DNA of 64,000 nucleotides, from assembly GCA_030704615.1 (NCBI GenBank), contig CM060731.1:52328001-52392000 (forward strand), read 5' to 3'. Position numbers and translations under genes: made by a program. Below, one piece after another: positions 1 to 11,749 of this stretch. The stretch comes from Takakia lepidozioides. Taxonomy: Eukaryota; Plantae; Bryophyta. The notes under the pieces were generated by a model. The model made no database searches, was not told where the DNA came from, and worked only from the letters and a program-made list of their open reading frames with translations. Numbering within the stretch: position 1 is the stretch's first letter; the number at the start of each line of letters is the position of its first letter.

Positions 1-408
1 TCTGCGATTAGCATAATTTGCAGGTAGCTTGGAAGTTGCTCAGCATATGCTTACATGAGCAGTAGATTGCTTGGTCGTAGCTTTTGGGATCATGTGAAGT
101 TGTAGCAATCAGTTGGTATACAAGTTAGATCATCATTGTATTCCTTGACAGTCTTGAGTAATACTGAATCTAATCACTTTATTATTGATCTAGGCTTGAC
201 GTGATTTAGCACAAACAATTTTTTTCACCAAATCACCCATAAACTACCACAAACCATACGTTAAATTTTATTAAACTAAAGAACAAGTGCAAGCCTCTCA
301 CACATATAGAAATATGCCAAAATGGCTCTCTTCAGCTCCTCTATGAACAACCTTACAATTTTTTTTTGTATGATAACCAATGTCATGCATATGTAGTTTC
401 TTGGAGGC

Positions 409-888
409 TTACTGACCATTTGTACCAGTACTCCACACAGGATAACCACGAAAGCCACCTAATACTCCTCCAGGAAGGCAATAAAGTACCAAGTTTCCGT
501 CATCTTGCAACCTCAGATAGTACCATCCAACACCAACACAGTCTCCGGTATTTACTGTGTTCGAAGCCCATTTAGGTTGATTATTTTGATCGTAAACCAC
601 CAAGTTTCCATCATCCTGTTGGGTGAGGTAACAATTTACGCCTACACCTCCACTGCCGCTATCCCACAACCGTTTTCCTAGTTCGTCCATATTCTGCAGT
701 CGTACATCACAGTTCTCCAACATTGAGAGCGTATAGCGCTGATTTGAGCTAATGAGAAAGTTGCCACTATTTAGTTGACCTTCAGCCGCTATGCAGCATT
801 CAGCATTTGCATCAGCTCCAACATAAGTTAGATATATGAAAAATAGAACTAATACTAGAGAGAAATTGACAAATTTTGTCATAACCAT
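409..888 (-). CDS. Secreted bulb-type (GNA/B-lectin) mannose-binding lectin
   Basis: Intronless ORF from ATG 888 (or 882). It has a hydrophobic signal peptide (FSLVLVLFFIYLTYVGA), two intact QxDxNxVxY sugar-binding motifs (QDDGNLVVY, QDDGNLVLY), a degenerate first site (MLENCDVRL) and a typical C-terminal PVWSTGT. Confidence 0.92.
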   Translation of the reverse strand: MVMTKFVNFSLVLVLFFIYLTYVGADANAECCIAAEGQLNSGNFLISSNQRYTLSMLENCDVRLQNMDELGKRLWDSGSGGVGVNCYLTQQDDGNLVVYDQNNQPKWASNTVNTGDCVGVGWYYLRLQDDGNLVLYCLPGGVLGGFRGYPVWSTGTNGQ

Positions 889-2555
889 GTTGCAAGTCTG
901 AATACAAATGTTGCTATGATCCACAAAACCTTGGGGGTATGTAAAGATAAAGATATTTGACAAATAGAGCTCTGTGTTGCTAATTGTAGAGCTCTATTAA
1001 GTATGTATTTTGGGAAGAAGATTTAACACTAGTGCGTGTGTAGTCATGTAGCTCCATTTTTTACCTGATGTGATTAAAAATATTACAAAATATTATTAAC
1101 AAAATAATAAAAATAATAAAAATAATGTGTTGTAAATAATAATGGCGTGAAGAAATGAATGTGAGATAAGATTTTTTAATGACAAAAATTAGTAAAATTC
1201 TTATAACATTCTTTATTAATGGACCAACTTGGTTCAATTGCATAATCAGCTCAATGCACTAAATATACATAAATAAAAAATGTCTATATTCCAAACGAGA
1301 GTTAAAATCAGAAATTCGGCCTATATATATACACTAGACATAACTAGACAACTGTCAATAGTTTAATTATAGTTTTATAGTGCAAAATCAAATGAGGAAG
1401 ACATTGGGGGTTTTGGTGGCAGTGGCTAAGGGAAGAAAAGCCAAAATTGTTAGGTGATCTAGTCGATTTAATGGCTTCTAATGCAAGCTTGAAATCCCAT
1501 TATAATACTAATACATATAATGCACGGCGGAACAATTTTAGCTTGGTGAATGTTGCCAATTGTTAGTAGGTATCGAATTGTGCGGACAATGCTTTGTCAG
1601 ATACTAGGACCACTAACATGTTTTATATTGAAAGTCAACATGATCAGTATACAAATTATTTGCTTTTGTTGATTCTTGGACACACCATCTATATCTGATT
1701 TGCAGATAAAGATGATGTACAAGGTAGTTTAATCTATACAATTAAAAAAAAAGCAAGAAACATGCAAAGTCTCATTAGGATCAAACGAAAAAGATAATGA
1801 TCATTTGCTTAAATGGCATGTTGTAAATAAATCTTTGATTTCAAGAGTTTTTCTCATGAGTCCTAATCCCCTGTTTAAATAGAAAAAAATAGTAAAGTAA
1901 AAATCTTGAATCTCTTAATTCGTAATATACATAATATGCTTTAGTTTTAATTATATCATCCAAAAATTTTATTGATTTCTTTGTAATTAACATAAAAATT
2001 TCTAACTATGCTACTATTAGAAGAGAAAAAGACTTACGATGCTTATGAAGACATCTACGAAAAGCCCAAAACAAGCTGGATTTCTTGAGTTGACTGGACA
2101 AGTGGCAGGCACAACAAGTCCCAATTTAGGGTGATTCAGAGATGCGTGAACAGTTACTATATAGTGTATTGTTGTACATTACAATGCTACAACTAGACAA
2201 CTGTCAATAGTTTAATTCTAGTTTTATAGCTAGTGCAATCCAAATGAATAAGTCATTGGGGTTTTGGTGGCACTAGCTAAGGGAAGAAAAAGCCACAATT
2301 GATACGTGATCTAAACCAATTTAATGGCTTATATATTGATCTGAAAGCTTGAAATCGTGACATTATAATACTATACCTACAATGGCCGGTAGAACAATTT
2401 AGCTAAAATGATCATGTTGACATATAAAGCAAGTTAGTGGTCCTACAATAGAAGCATTGTCCGCAATCTGATGCCTTGTAAAGCTTTTCTCACGAGTCCT
2501 ACACGAATTACTTTGACTCCCCTGTTTAAATAGAAGAAAGATAAGGAAAGGAAAA

Positions 2556-2970
2556 TGCATTGGTTGGTAGCTCAACTGATAAGTGCATAGTGTGTCGCCC
2601 TGGTGATTCGGGGTTCAAACCAGCTGCCATGTCCTGTGTCTGGGATTTGTTCGTGACGATAAATAAAAAATAAAAAATATGACGCCTCCCGAAGGGAGCG
2701 TAATTATGGTGTCTCTTCACCACAAGGGCTACTGCCTTCCAGCTGAAAGGTGGACACCTTAATGACACACCAGAACATGGTTTGAACCCACAACCACATC
2801 CAACATAGTATGTGCCAACTACCACCGGGCTACATGCTAGTTGTCATGATGATGTGTATAGGCGTTGATGGTCGATTGAAAGGGGGTTAGTTTTCCCCCC
2901 TCCTGAAGGACCCGAATTGTGGGGTGTCGTTTCCATGTTTCCCTTAAAAAAAGCAAAAAGAAAAAAGAAA
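2556..2970 (+). mobile_element. tRNA-derived SINE (family 1), interrupted by an antisense SINE
   Basis: A-box TAGCTCAACTG and B-box GGTTCAAACC. Body and tail (ttttcccccctcctgaaggacccgaattgtgg...A-rich) match the copy at 45121-45335. Confidence 0.75.
2659..2843 (-). mobile_element. tRNA-derived SINE (family 2) with a structured 3' domain
   Basis: The minus strand reads as a tRNA-like head (A-box TAGCCCGGTGG, B-box GGTTCAAACC), then a multi-stem domain, a UUCG hairpin and a T-rich tail. Confidence 0.7.
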
Positions 2971-3394
2971 ACCCTTGAATTTCTTAATTCCCAATATATA
3001 CATAATATCATACATATTAAGAAAACCCTTGAATTTTTTAACTCCCAATATACATAATATTATATAATATGTAGATCCCATTCTGCCCTACTTCAAAAAC
3101 CATTCATTGTCATTTCTTGTCTTTCGGACAAAACCTGGGCCCAACCTCACCCCTCACCTTGTAGCTACCTAACCCCCTTCCATCCACGTGGATGAACCAT
3201 ACCAAGTCATCCCTATGCACAAGCACTCCAAATTTGGGGAGATTCCACTGTTTTATTTGGGATATTATAACAATTGAACAAGGTGCATTTTTCAGCAAAA
3301 TAAAAATAAAAACGGAAACGTCACCTTTGACCAAGCAAACAATCAATGTTGCAAAATTTACCGGTTGGTCTGATGGTGACGTTTCCCACCTGTG

Positions 3395-3500
3395 AGCCTA
3401 ATGGCTTATCTGAAAGGGGGTTAATTTTTCCCCCTCCTCAAGGGCCTGAATAGTGAGCACTCACTCCCAGGTTTCCTTTAAAATAAATAAAAATAAAATT
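3395..3500 (+). mobile_element. 5'-truncated SINE family 1 tail
   Basis: gggggttaatttttccccctcctcaagggcctgaat...cccaggtttcct plus an A-rich tail, matching the 3' ends at about 2880-2970 and 45260-45335. Confidence 0.65.
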
Positions 3501-3899
3501 TTCTTGCAGGGAGAATCCTAGCCATATTCTACTGTAGTGCCGCATCCCAAACCCTCATACCAAATTGGTTTGGGGGGGGGGGGTTGCATTCTATGTGAAT
3601 GCAATGGGGCTCAAAAGTGGTAATTTCCAAAGCAAATGGTTCAGGTCCCATCATTCTCAGAAGTGATCTAGGTAGGTACTGAGTGCCAACTCCATGCAGG
3701 CATTAACAAGAAACTCAAACAGATTTTGCACCAGTCCAAGTTAAGACCTAGACTAGCCCAACATAGAGTTGCAGACTTAACATTGTGTTGTCAATCACAA
3801 AGTCTCAAACCATCAACCTCGTCATTGTACAAGCCTCCACCACTCCCTGGCGACCTCATCAGCTCTTGACAGTGGGTGTAGATCACACATAATACTACT

Positions 3900-6000
3900 C
3901 TCAAACAAACCTGCAGAGGGATCAACTCTGAGGTCAAGAAACACTTGATGCGTTGGGAGTCGTAACCTTCTCTCCCGTTCTGTCTGATCTAAAATGCTGA
4001 ATCTGGAAGTGTGCTATATACCTACACAGAGGCTTCAGCGGGATCCCCTGACAAGTTAGTCCTGCAAACACATTCGCCCCCTGGAAGAAGTTCTATTCAG
4101 AAGTTTGGAAATGCCCTACCACAACTGCCAAAGCCAGGACCTTCTCCAAGTTCACATCCGCAATCTACTGCAACCGAATGCACGCAACCGCACCGGGCAA
4201 CATTGGAGCTTGCTTCACAATCTTCTGAGCTTGATTTCACATGAACCCTGGGCCGCGATCCACCTTATGTAGCTTCCAAAGTACGAGCTTATTGCCCCGC
4301 TACGCTTTCACAATTGCGTGAGACGCCTTTCAGACTCGAATATCCAAGAGTGACCAAGGCAGGTCCAGGTCCCGCTTCACTTCTATGCTTTCCCCTCTAA
4401 GTCCTCAGCCAGTTTGGGTTTTTCCAAACTAAATCCGTCCTATACCCGTCCAGTGTGCAGGAAAGTGAACCCTGATTGCTTGCAGAGACACGCTTCTACA
4501 CACACACGTAAGGTGCCTAGATTTCCAGAGTTGTACAAATGCCTAGTAAGACATAGGAAGCTGAAAGCCTTGTACATCTGTCATGTTCCACACTGTGCAT
4601 GAAACTGAACCTGATTGCTTCAATAGACAATCTTCGACCTCCACGCACAAAATCACGAATGCCACGCGCTTCAAGGTGCCCCAATTCCCAATTTAGGAAG
4701 ACTTCACTTCGGGACATGAGAAACCCAACAATTCAGCAACCAATTGCAAGAATCGCTATGGCAGAGGTCGCCACCAGGGCAAGAGAATAGAGAGGATAGC
4801 TGCACATCAGCCATAGCAGGCCACCCTCCCTCTTCCTGCCATGCCTTCCACAACCATCCATCCGCCCATGTATGATAACACCGTGCACCCATCCATCTAT
4901 ACACCCCCATCAATCTACAATCCACCGATCCAGAGGGAAGTTCACCTGCACATTTGAGTTTGTCCTCTTGAGACTGCGAAGCTTTGTCAGTGTTCAGGAA
5001 ATCCAGATATGGACTGGTATAGGCTAGCTTGCATCCGTGCCTGTTTTGCTCTTTGCACAACATCAAAGGGTTGGAAAAGGCTCGGACCCATTTGATTACT
5101 CTTCCATGATCTGCTGCAAAGAATTGACTACGGAGGGAATGTGCAGTGGTGAAGGATTGTTTGTTGAAAGTTTGCATCGGTACACTGATAGATATGTACA
5201 CAAGCAAATCCAGTTGATCCCAAGTAAACTTGGACAATCTATCAGAAGCATCTCAGACATATGATATGGGGTTCTACCAAATTTCACCAGTTGGAGCTAT
5301 AAAATGTATCATCTCTCAAGTCTTGTCTTTGGTCGGGTTTCCCCACATGAGAACCAAGGATTTTAGTGTCTTCTCTGTTAAACCATTAAAAGCACTGGAG
5401 CACAGACCTTCCTTCTTGAGGATTTCAACGGTTGAGACTTGAGACCATCATATTTTAAATCTTCATTGGTAAAACATGTTCGCATAGCAACCAACGTTTT
5501 GGAGATAGCCCCTTCCATATACATAACCAAAATGAAAGACTGCAACATCAACAGATCTGCTCCTTCACTCTCTGCATCTACCAAAGGCACTAGTTCTGGC
5601 AAGTCTCCACCACTAACATATAGACATCAAGCAGGAGAGCCTGCACAGATTAATCCGAAAAAGTCAGGTGTGAGCTTGAATGAGACTTATTTGGGACTTC
5701 TTTACCCGCAGGCTCTAAGTCTTCTTAGCGCACCTGCTGGCCCACCACAGCCACGCAAACAATCATGGTGTTGCCCGCCTTTCTTTGACAGGAGCATGGC
5801 ATGATGAGGGCAACGACACCAAACTGCAATTGGGTGACCGTGGAGAACATAGATTTCGCAAAAGACCCACAAGTTGGCGCTCTTCTCCTACAATCGTCAG
5901 CGCAGGAAACGGTGTCTCGTTAAGTTAATTAAACTAGAGAAGCTCTGTTGGATCTGGTCAAAGCTGTGCGCGCAGACGACCTATCTAAAGCACATTCAAG
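3900..6000 (-). pseudogene. Possible highly degraded NB-ARC-LRR (NLR) remnant
   Basis: Motif-like remnants occur in the expected order on the minus strand: ALDR (kinase-2-like), ASLV*LT*RD (GSxIIITTRD-like), HHAM, CGGPAGALRRL (CGGLPLAL-like), VDVAVFHFG (LDIACFF-like), then RCTRLS...LGICTTLEI (LRR-like). Many stops and frameshifts. Confidence 0.4.
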
Positions 6001-6225
6001 GCAAGTTATTTGTACGTATGGATTACTGAACATAAATGAACAGGGATGAGACCTGCACAGGTGGGGGTAGGAAAGAGATTGTTGGGATTGTTAAGATTGT
6101 TTGGTACAGGATGCAAGATGTTCCCGGACCACTACAAAGATTTTTTCTTTGAGTCTTCTGGGGATCCCCCGGGTTCAACCTTTTGGTGCAAAACTTTCTA
6201 AACCGCTTAATGCATGTTACTGGAT

Positions 6226-8430
6226 TCAATGGTAATCCCCACAAATTCATATACCATCTTGGAAGGTATTATGTGCGCCCATCAATCTTGGCAATAAACT
6301 CTGAGGCAGTGTGAACAATTGACGTTTCTGGATAGTGCGGAGAGATGCCCCAGGGGGTGTGCTGATAAGCCCAAAAGCAATGGGCAGCTTCTGATTGTGG
6401 TGGTACAGAGAGAGCGCCTTTTGCTCCTCTAAATCATGCATTACAAAGAGTTTCTTAGTCCATCTGCCCAGACAATCTCTTCAGCTTGGTATGGATTTCC
6501 CCAGTTTGTGGATGCAATTTGTCTTCAGAATAAAGGTATGCACCTGATTGCTGACTTCAATGCAGCTGTGCCCTGCCTCTTTTCTAACACCTGTCCTACA
6601 TTCTTCGTATGTGTCCTCTTTATCATGCCATCTTCTAAACACAGTGTAGATTATTTGATAGCAGCACATAAGGTGCAGCTTGCTATGGACATTTGATAAA
6701 GCTCTTTGCAGCACGTTCTGCTACCTCCACATTACTGTGAACCCTGCAGGCACCAAGCAAGGACCCCAGACCCGAACACCCGGTACAATTGGCATCTTAT
6801 TAATCAAGTTCTCAGCCTCATCCAATTGTCCTGCCTGGCCAAGAAGGTCCACCGCACAACCATAATGCTCCACTGTAGCAGTGAGGCCATGATCTAGACC
6901 CATGGAATCAAAGTAGTGAAGGCCTTCATCCATGAGGCCACATGCTACATGCAGAGAGAAGGGATATGAAGGTGATACAGTCCGGCTTGACACCTTTCTG
7001 TACCATTTGTTCAAAAAGTTGAAGGGCCTCCTTGCAGCACCCATGTTGAGCATATCCTGTGATCATGCCATTCCATGAGATCACATCTCGTGTGACCATA
7101 TTATCAAATGCTTCATGTGCATCATTCATGCTCCCACATTTGGCATACACAACGACAAGGGCAGTCTCTAAAATGACTGATGCACTTCCAGTTTTCATGA
7201 TCTCAGCATGGACCTCTTTCATCGTTCCAAGGGCTCCTAGGCTGGCACACGCATTGAGCACGCCAGTAAATGTGACTGTGTCAGGTGCCACACCTTTCCG
7301 TTGCATTTGTTCATAAATCTCAAAAGCTTCTCTACCACAACCACTCTTGAGTGTATCCTGCTATCATTGCATTCCATGAGACCACATTTTGGTTAGCCAT
7401 CCCGTTGAACACTTGTTGTGCATCCTTCATGCTCCCACACTTGGCATATATATCGATGAGGGTATTTTCCAACTTAACATTTGATGCAATTCCAGCTTTG
7501 GTGATGTCAGCATGTACTTCTTTACCCTTTTCCAGGGCCCCTAGGCTGCCACATGCATTTAGAACAGAAATAAAAGTAACCCTGTTAGGCGCCACCCCTT
7601 CACCTTGCATTTTCTCATAAGTCTTCAATGCCTCCCTACCGCACGCATGCTGAGCATATGTTGTGATCTTTGTCGGAGAGACCACATCTCTATGGGCCAT
7701 ACTGTCAAAAACTTGTTGTGCATCCCTTATGCTCCCGCATTTGGTGTACATGACCACAAGGGCGTTCTCCAAATTAATATATGATGCAATTCCAGATTTG
7801 ATGATGTCAGCATGGAGCTCATTCCTCCTTTCCAGAGCTCCTAGGCTGGCACAAGCATTCAGAACACAAATGAATGTGACCCTATTGGGAATAACCCCTT
7901 CCCCTTCCATTTGCTCATAGGTTTTTGGAGCCTCCCTACCACACCCATGCTTGGCATATCCTGCTATCATTATACTCCATGTAAATATATCTCGATCAGG
8001 CATTGTGTCAAGCACTTGGTGCGCATCTATCATGCTCCTACACTTTGCATACATGTTGGTGAGGGTGTTGAGTAGAAAGATATCCGGTTTGAATCCCCTT
8101 TGGATGATATGGTTGTGCACCTGCTTTCCCTCTGCTAGGTCTTTCATGTCCATGCACTCCTGCAAGAGACAGATGTAGGTACTAAGTCCACCTGGAAGCC
8201 TCCTTGGTTGACAATGTGCACCGCCTCTTTCAATCGTCCTGCCTTACATAGTTTCCTCACATACCCAGCAATGCCAGAAAACCGCTTGTTGACTCCCTCT
8301 CTGGGTCTTTGAAAAGCTGTGGTGAGGCTCCAGGCAAAACCCCCAATTTCATGCTCAACAAATAACTGCGCCTGATCCAACCTTGCCATCCTGCATGCCT
8401 CAAACCTCTTCTTATTTGACTAATACTCAT
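6226..8430 (-). pseudogene. PLS-class PPR-E-DYW RNA-editing factor pseudogene (locus A)
   Basis: ORFs 7332-8165, 6926-7306, 6721-7053, 6481-6714 and 6247-6441 give P/L/S repeats (NALVVMYTKCGS, VTFISVLNAC), E motifs (HYGCAVDLLG), a PG-box-like KEAGHSCIEV and a DYW remnant ending FQDGI*ICGDYH*. It is frameshifted, and the HSE motif is degraded to HNQ. Confidence 0.92.
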
Positions 8431-8619
8431 AAAATATCTCAAAGCTCCTATCTGCTTCCAAAGAAAGATGTCTTCGAGAGGATCATTTGAACAGTTGCAG
8501 TCACTTACTTTCGAGAATAACCTGAAACAACCCTCGCATTATCATCAACACAATACCTGTTGTATTCTCGCCTGGACCTTCATTATGTACATCCACAACA
8601 GATCCATCACCAGATTGTG

Positions 8620-9065
8620 CCTTTGGAGCTAGCTCTGCTATCATCCAAGGACAGTTTCACCAATCCTCAATGCGCAGGACTTATCTCTAAAGTTTGGTGA
8701 TTTTAGACATTTCTCTGAAAATCAAGCGTTGGCAGCTCGACAACTACACTACACCGCGACCTCCTACAACACCGAAGCACGGATTGGTTACAACCTTGAA
8801 CAACATACGTTAATGCCCTGCTTAGAACAATGAAGAACAACTGATAGAAACAATAAGAATCTTATGTTTCTTTTTCAAAATAAAAAGCAAACTTTTATTA
8901 AATTAAGAGCTGGAGCCACCAAAGAGACTTGTGCCAGTGTCAGTGACACTTCCTCATGTCGCAAATGCAGATAGACTCACCTTCCCAAACCTGTTGTCCA
9001 ACCACTCTGAAGGCTCTGAGAGGGAACTCGGAATATGATGAAACTCCAACCATAGTATGCCATCC
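8620..9065 (-). pseudogene. Degraded spliced OSB-type PDF-motif exons directly upstream of PPR locus A
   Basis: LWLEF...SEPSEWLDNRFGK ends at a GT donor (8980). After an AG acceptor (8715) the sequence reads KSPNFRDKSCALRI...PWMIAELA. This resembles the WxxFFxxPxxWWDNRxxK / PDFKHKxxxxALW...PxWV motif. Confidence 0.6.
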
Positions 9066-9390
9066 CACCAGAAGCTAGACTCTCATATTGGAATTTCAAT
9101 GGAGCTCCAATGGTCACAGCATAGAGCCATACTCTCATATCCATCCACGTTCCCATTGTGCTAGACCTTGAAGAGTTTGAGCAACTCTCGATCCAATGGA
9201 CCTCATCTTTGCTTGTATGTCTTAATTCTATTGAGCTTGGATCTTATGTAAAAATGATGATTTGGGCAGCTGAGCAACCATATGTTGACCTGAATTCTTC
9301 TTAGAGCTGGTGGTTGTACCAGAAGTCATGATGACTTAACTTCAGGATTTTCATAGGAGGAAAGACGATGAATACTATAGCATACAACTA

Positions 9391-10770
9391 TGCTAATTAC
9401 ATAGAAACAAAGACAAAGACGGGTTACTGGAGAGACACATTTTATTCCAGAGAGAGATTGAAAGAGATTTATTCAATGGCCTGAAGTGCCTACTAAGTGC
9501 CTACTTAAATACACAAACCTCAACTTTAGATATTTCTATTTGAAGTCCTAGTGTTATTCCTATTTGCACTCCTATGCCTATTCTCTGTCTATCATGACAT
9601 GAATAGCAAAAGCATCTAACAATATCCAACTTGCTATTCAGGGAACATCAGTTACACTGACTCTCTAACACTCCCACTTTGTGAATCTTCATTGTTCACA
9701 TAATCCTAGCTGTATTATGCATTGTTCCAACTTCGGTCTTGGAACATCTTTCGTCAAAATGTTAGTTGTTAGCTCTCTGTCTTACAATAATGAAAGACTG
9801 CTCCCTAACAAAATGATGTTGAATATCAACATGCTTGGTTCGAGCATAAAAGACTGGGTGATTAATCAAAGCAAGGCTACCTTGGTTATCGCTCTTGATC
9901 GGGGTTGCCCTCTTTTGGATGAAGTTCAGTTCATTCAAGAGCGTTCGCAACCACATCGCCTCCTTTGCAGCTTGGGCAGCTGCCATGTATTTAGCCTCTG
10001 TAGTAGACACAACAACTGTAGGTTGTTTTTTACTATTCCAACTGATTGCGCCACTGCCCAAAGTAAAGGCATAACATGTGGTGGACTTCCTACTATCCAA
10101 GTCCCCACCCCAATTTGAATCACAACTGTCTTCCAAAGCATCATTTGCTCCAACCTTAAACTGCAGAACCATCTGTTGAGTCCCCTTCAAATACCTGAAG
10201 ATTCTCTTGACTGCTTTCCAATGAGCAATCCCTGGATTTGCCATAAATTGACTCACCGTTCCATCTGCAACTGCTACATCTGGTCTAGTGCCTGTCATAG
10301 CATACATTAGACTACTAACAACTTGACAGTATGGAACCTTAGTTATCTCATCATGCTCCTCCTTTGTCTGGGGTTGTTTGGATAACATTTTTCCAACTTC
10401 CAGCGGAGTAGAGATTGGGTTGCAATCCTCCATATTGAACCTCTTAAGGATCTGGCTGATGTAACGAGCCTGACTGAGTGAAATGGTTTCTTGCACTCTA
10501 TCCCTTATGATCTGAATGCCTAATAGGTACTTTGCTTCCCCAAGGTCTGTCATTTGAAACTCAGAAGACAAGATCTTCTTGATTTCATTGACCTTGTCCA
10601 GTGATTTGCAAAGCAAGATTAGATCATCCACATATACTGCCAAGATCAAAATGCTCTCTCTACTTCCTAGAACATAGACTCTAAGATCAGAATCACATCG
10701 CAAGAATCCATGTTTTGCTAGGAAATTATCAAACCTCTGGTACCAAGCTTTGGGTGTCTGCTTCAACCTG
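9391..10770 (-). mobile_element. Ty1/Copia retrotransposon, 3' part (RT-RNase H, PPT, 3' LTR)
   Basis: ORF 9762-10766 has KQTPKAWY, VYVDD, TRPD, DSNWGGD and RTKHVDIQHHFVRE. The PPT AAAGTGGGAG precedes an LTR TGTTAG...TTAGCA (9670-9391). The element is cut at 10770. Confidence 0.92.
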
Positions 10771-11350
10771 CACTACAATAGATTGCGGCTTTTACGTCTC
10801 TGTGTTATGACTGCAAATGTAGTTATGGAAGCCATTTACAACTTCTTGACTCTGAAGACGTAAAAGCCTAGTCAGTTGTGACATGGCAGATATGACTCTC
10901 CAGGCTGGTTGTGACGTGGCGCCTGAGCAGCTGTGGGGGTAGTCATACACGCTGGCTTTATTGAATGACTGAACGGACAGTGTAGTCCATGTCAGCGGCT
11001 GTGCAAGAGTGGCACGTGCTCGATACAGGAAATGACACGTGGCAGAGTGTTCGCTCTCCATGACTGCGAACTATGACTATGGGCGTGCTAATCTGGTTGC
11101 AACACGTTGCGCGTTGCAGTTTTTACAAGTGGTCCCTCAGTAGATTGACATGTGTCATGATGGGTGTTTTTTGGGTGTATTGCTAATTCTTAACATATTT
11201 GTATTTCTGCCACGTGGTGTAGTACTATTGGAGAGTGAAAATATATGTAGTCATTATTATGACTATGATAGCAGTCATGTACATGTCTATTACAACAATG
11301 AAATATAATATATATTACAAAGAGAACAAGGCAGCAAGACATAACTGCAA
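10771..11350 (+). mobile_element. CACTA (En/Spm) transposon left end
   Basis: Starts CACTACAATAG and is followed by repeated atgact/agtcat subterminal motifs. The right boundary is uncertain. Confidence 0.6.
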
Positions 11351-11749
11351 CAAGCTGAGCAAACCAAGAGATTGTACACCATCTCTATTTACCAATCTAT
11401 TTATCATTATCCATTTTGTCGCAATCTAAAAATACATAAAATAGTCACACGTTCTCATGTGAATTATATTGTCTAACTATAACACTTTGAAAAGTGTTCA
11501 CCCAGAACTTGCGAGTAAAGCCTTGGCAATGTCACCAGGAAATCCCAGGCTGAATGAATGACACTGAAATAATGGAGCTTGAAATCCAGCCCTCTTGGAC
11601 AAATTTGGGCCCACACTCATCCCTGCTCCTTCAGCTATCTATGCCTCTGCACAAAATCATACATACATCCTTGCCTTCCTGCTAGCAACTGACAATGACA
11701 GCCTAGAATTGTTCCAGCAAACACCCCAACCCTACTTATCAACGAGCAA

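Larger units (their letters stand above)
1342..3010. repeat. Diverged direct duplication (about 1342-1940 and 2191-3010) upstream of the lectin
   Basis: Both copies share blocks such as actagacaactgtcaatagtttaatt...gggaagaaaagcc and cccctgtttaaatag...cttgaat. The second copy is interrupted by a SINE. Confidence 0.75.

Noticed and set aside
2556-2640. Functional tRNA genes here, at 2770-2843 and at 45125-45200
   Set aside because: A and B boxes are present, but the cloverleaf stems are imperfect and each continues into a shared body and tail typical of SINEs.
7059-8178. Plus-strand ORFs over PPR locus A, and similar antisense ORFs over LUX, MSH3 and the retroelements
   Set aside because: Antisense shadows of real coding sequence on the opposite strand.
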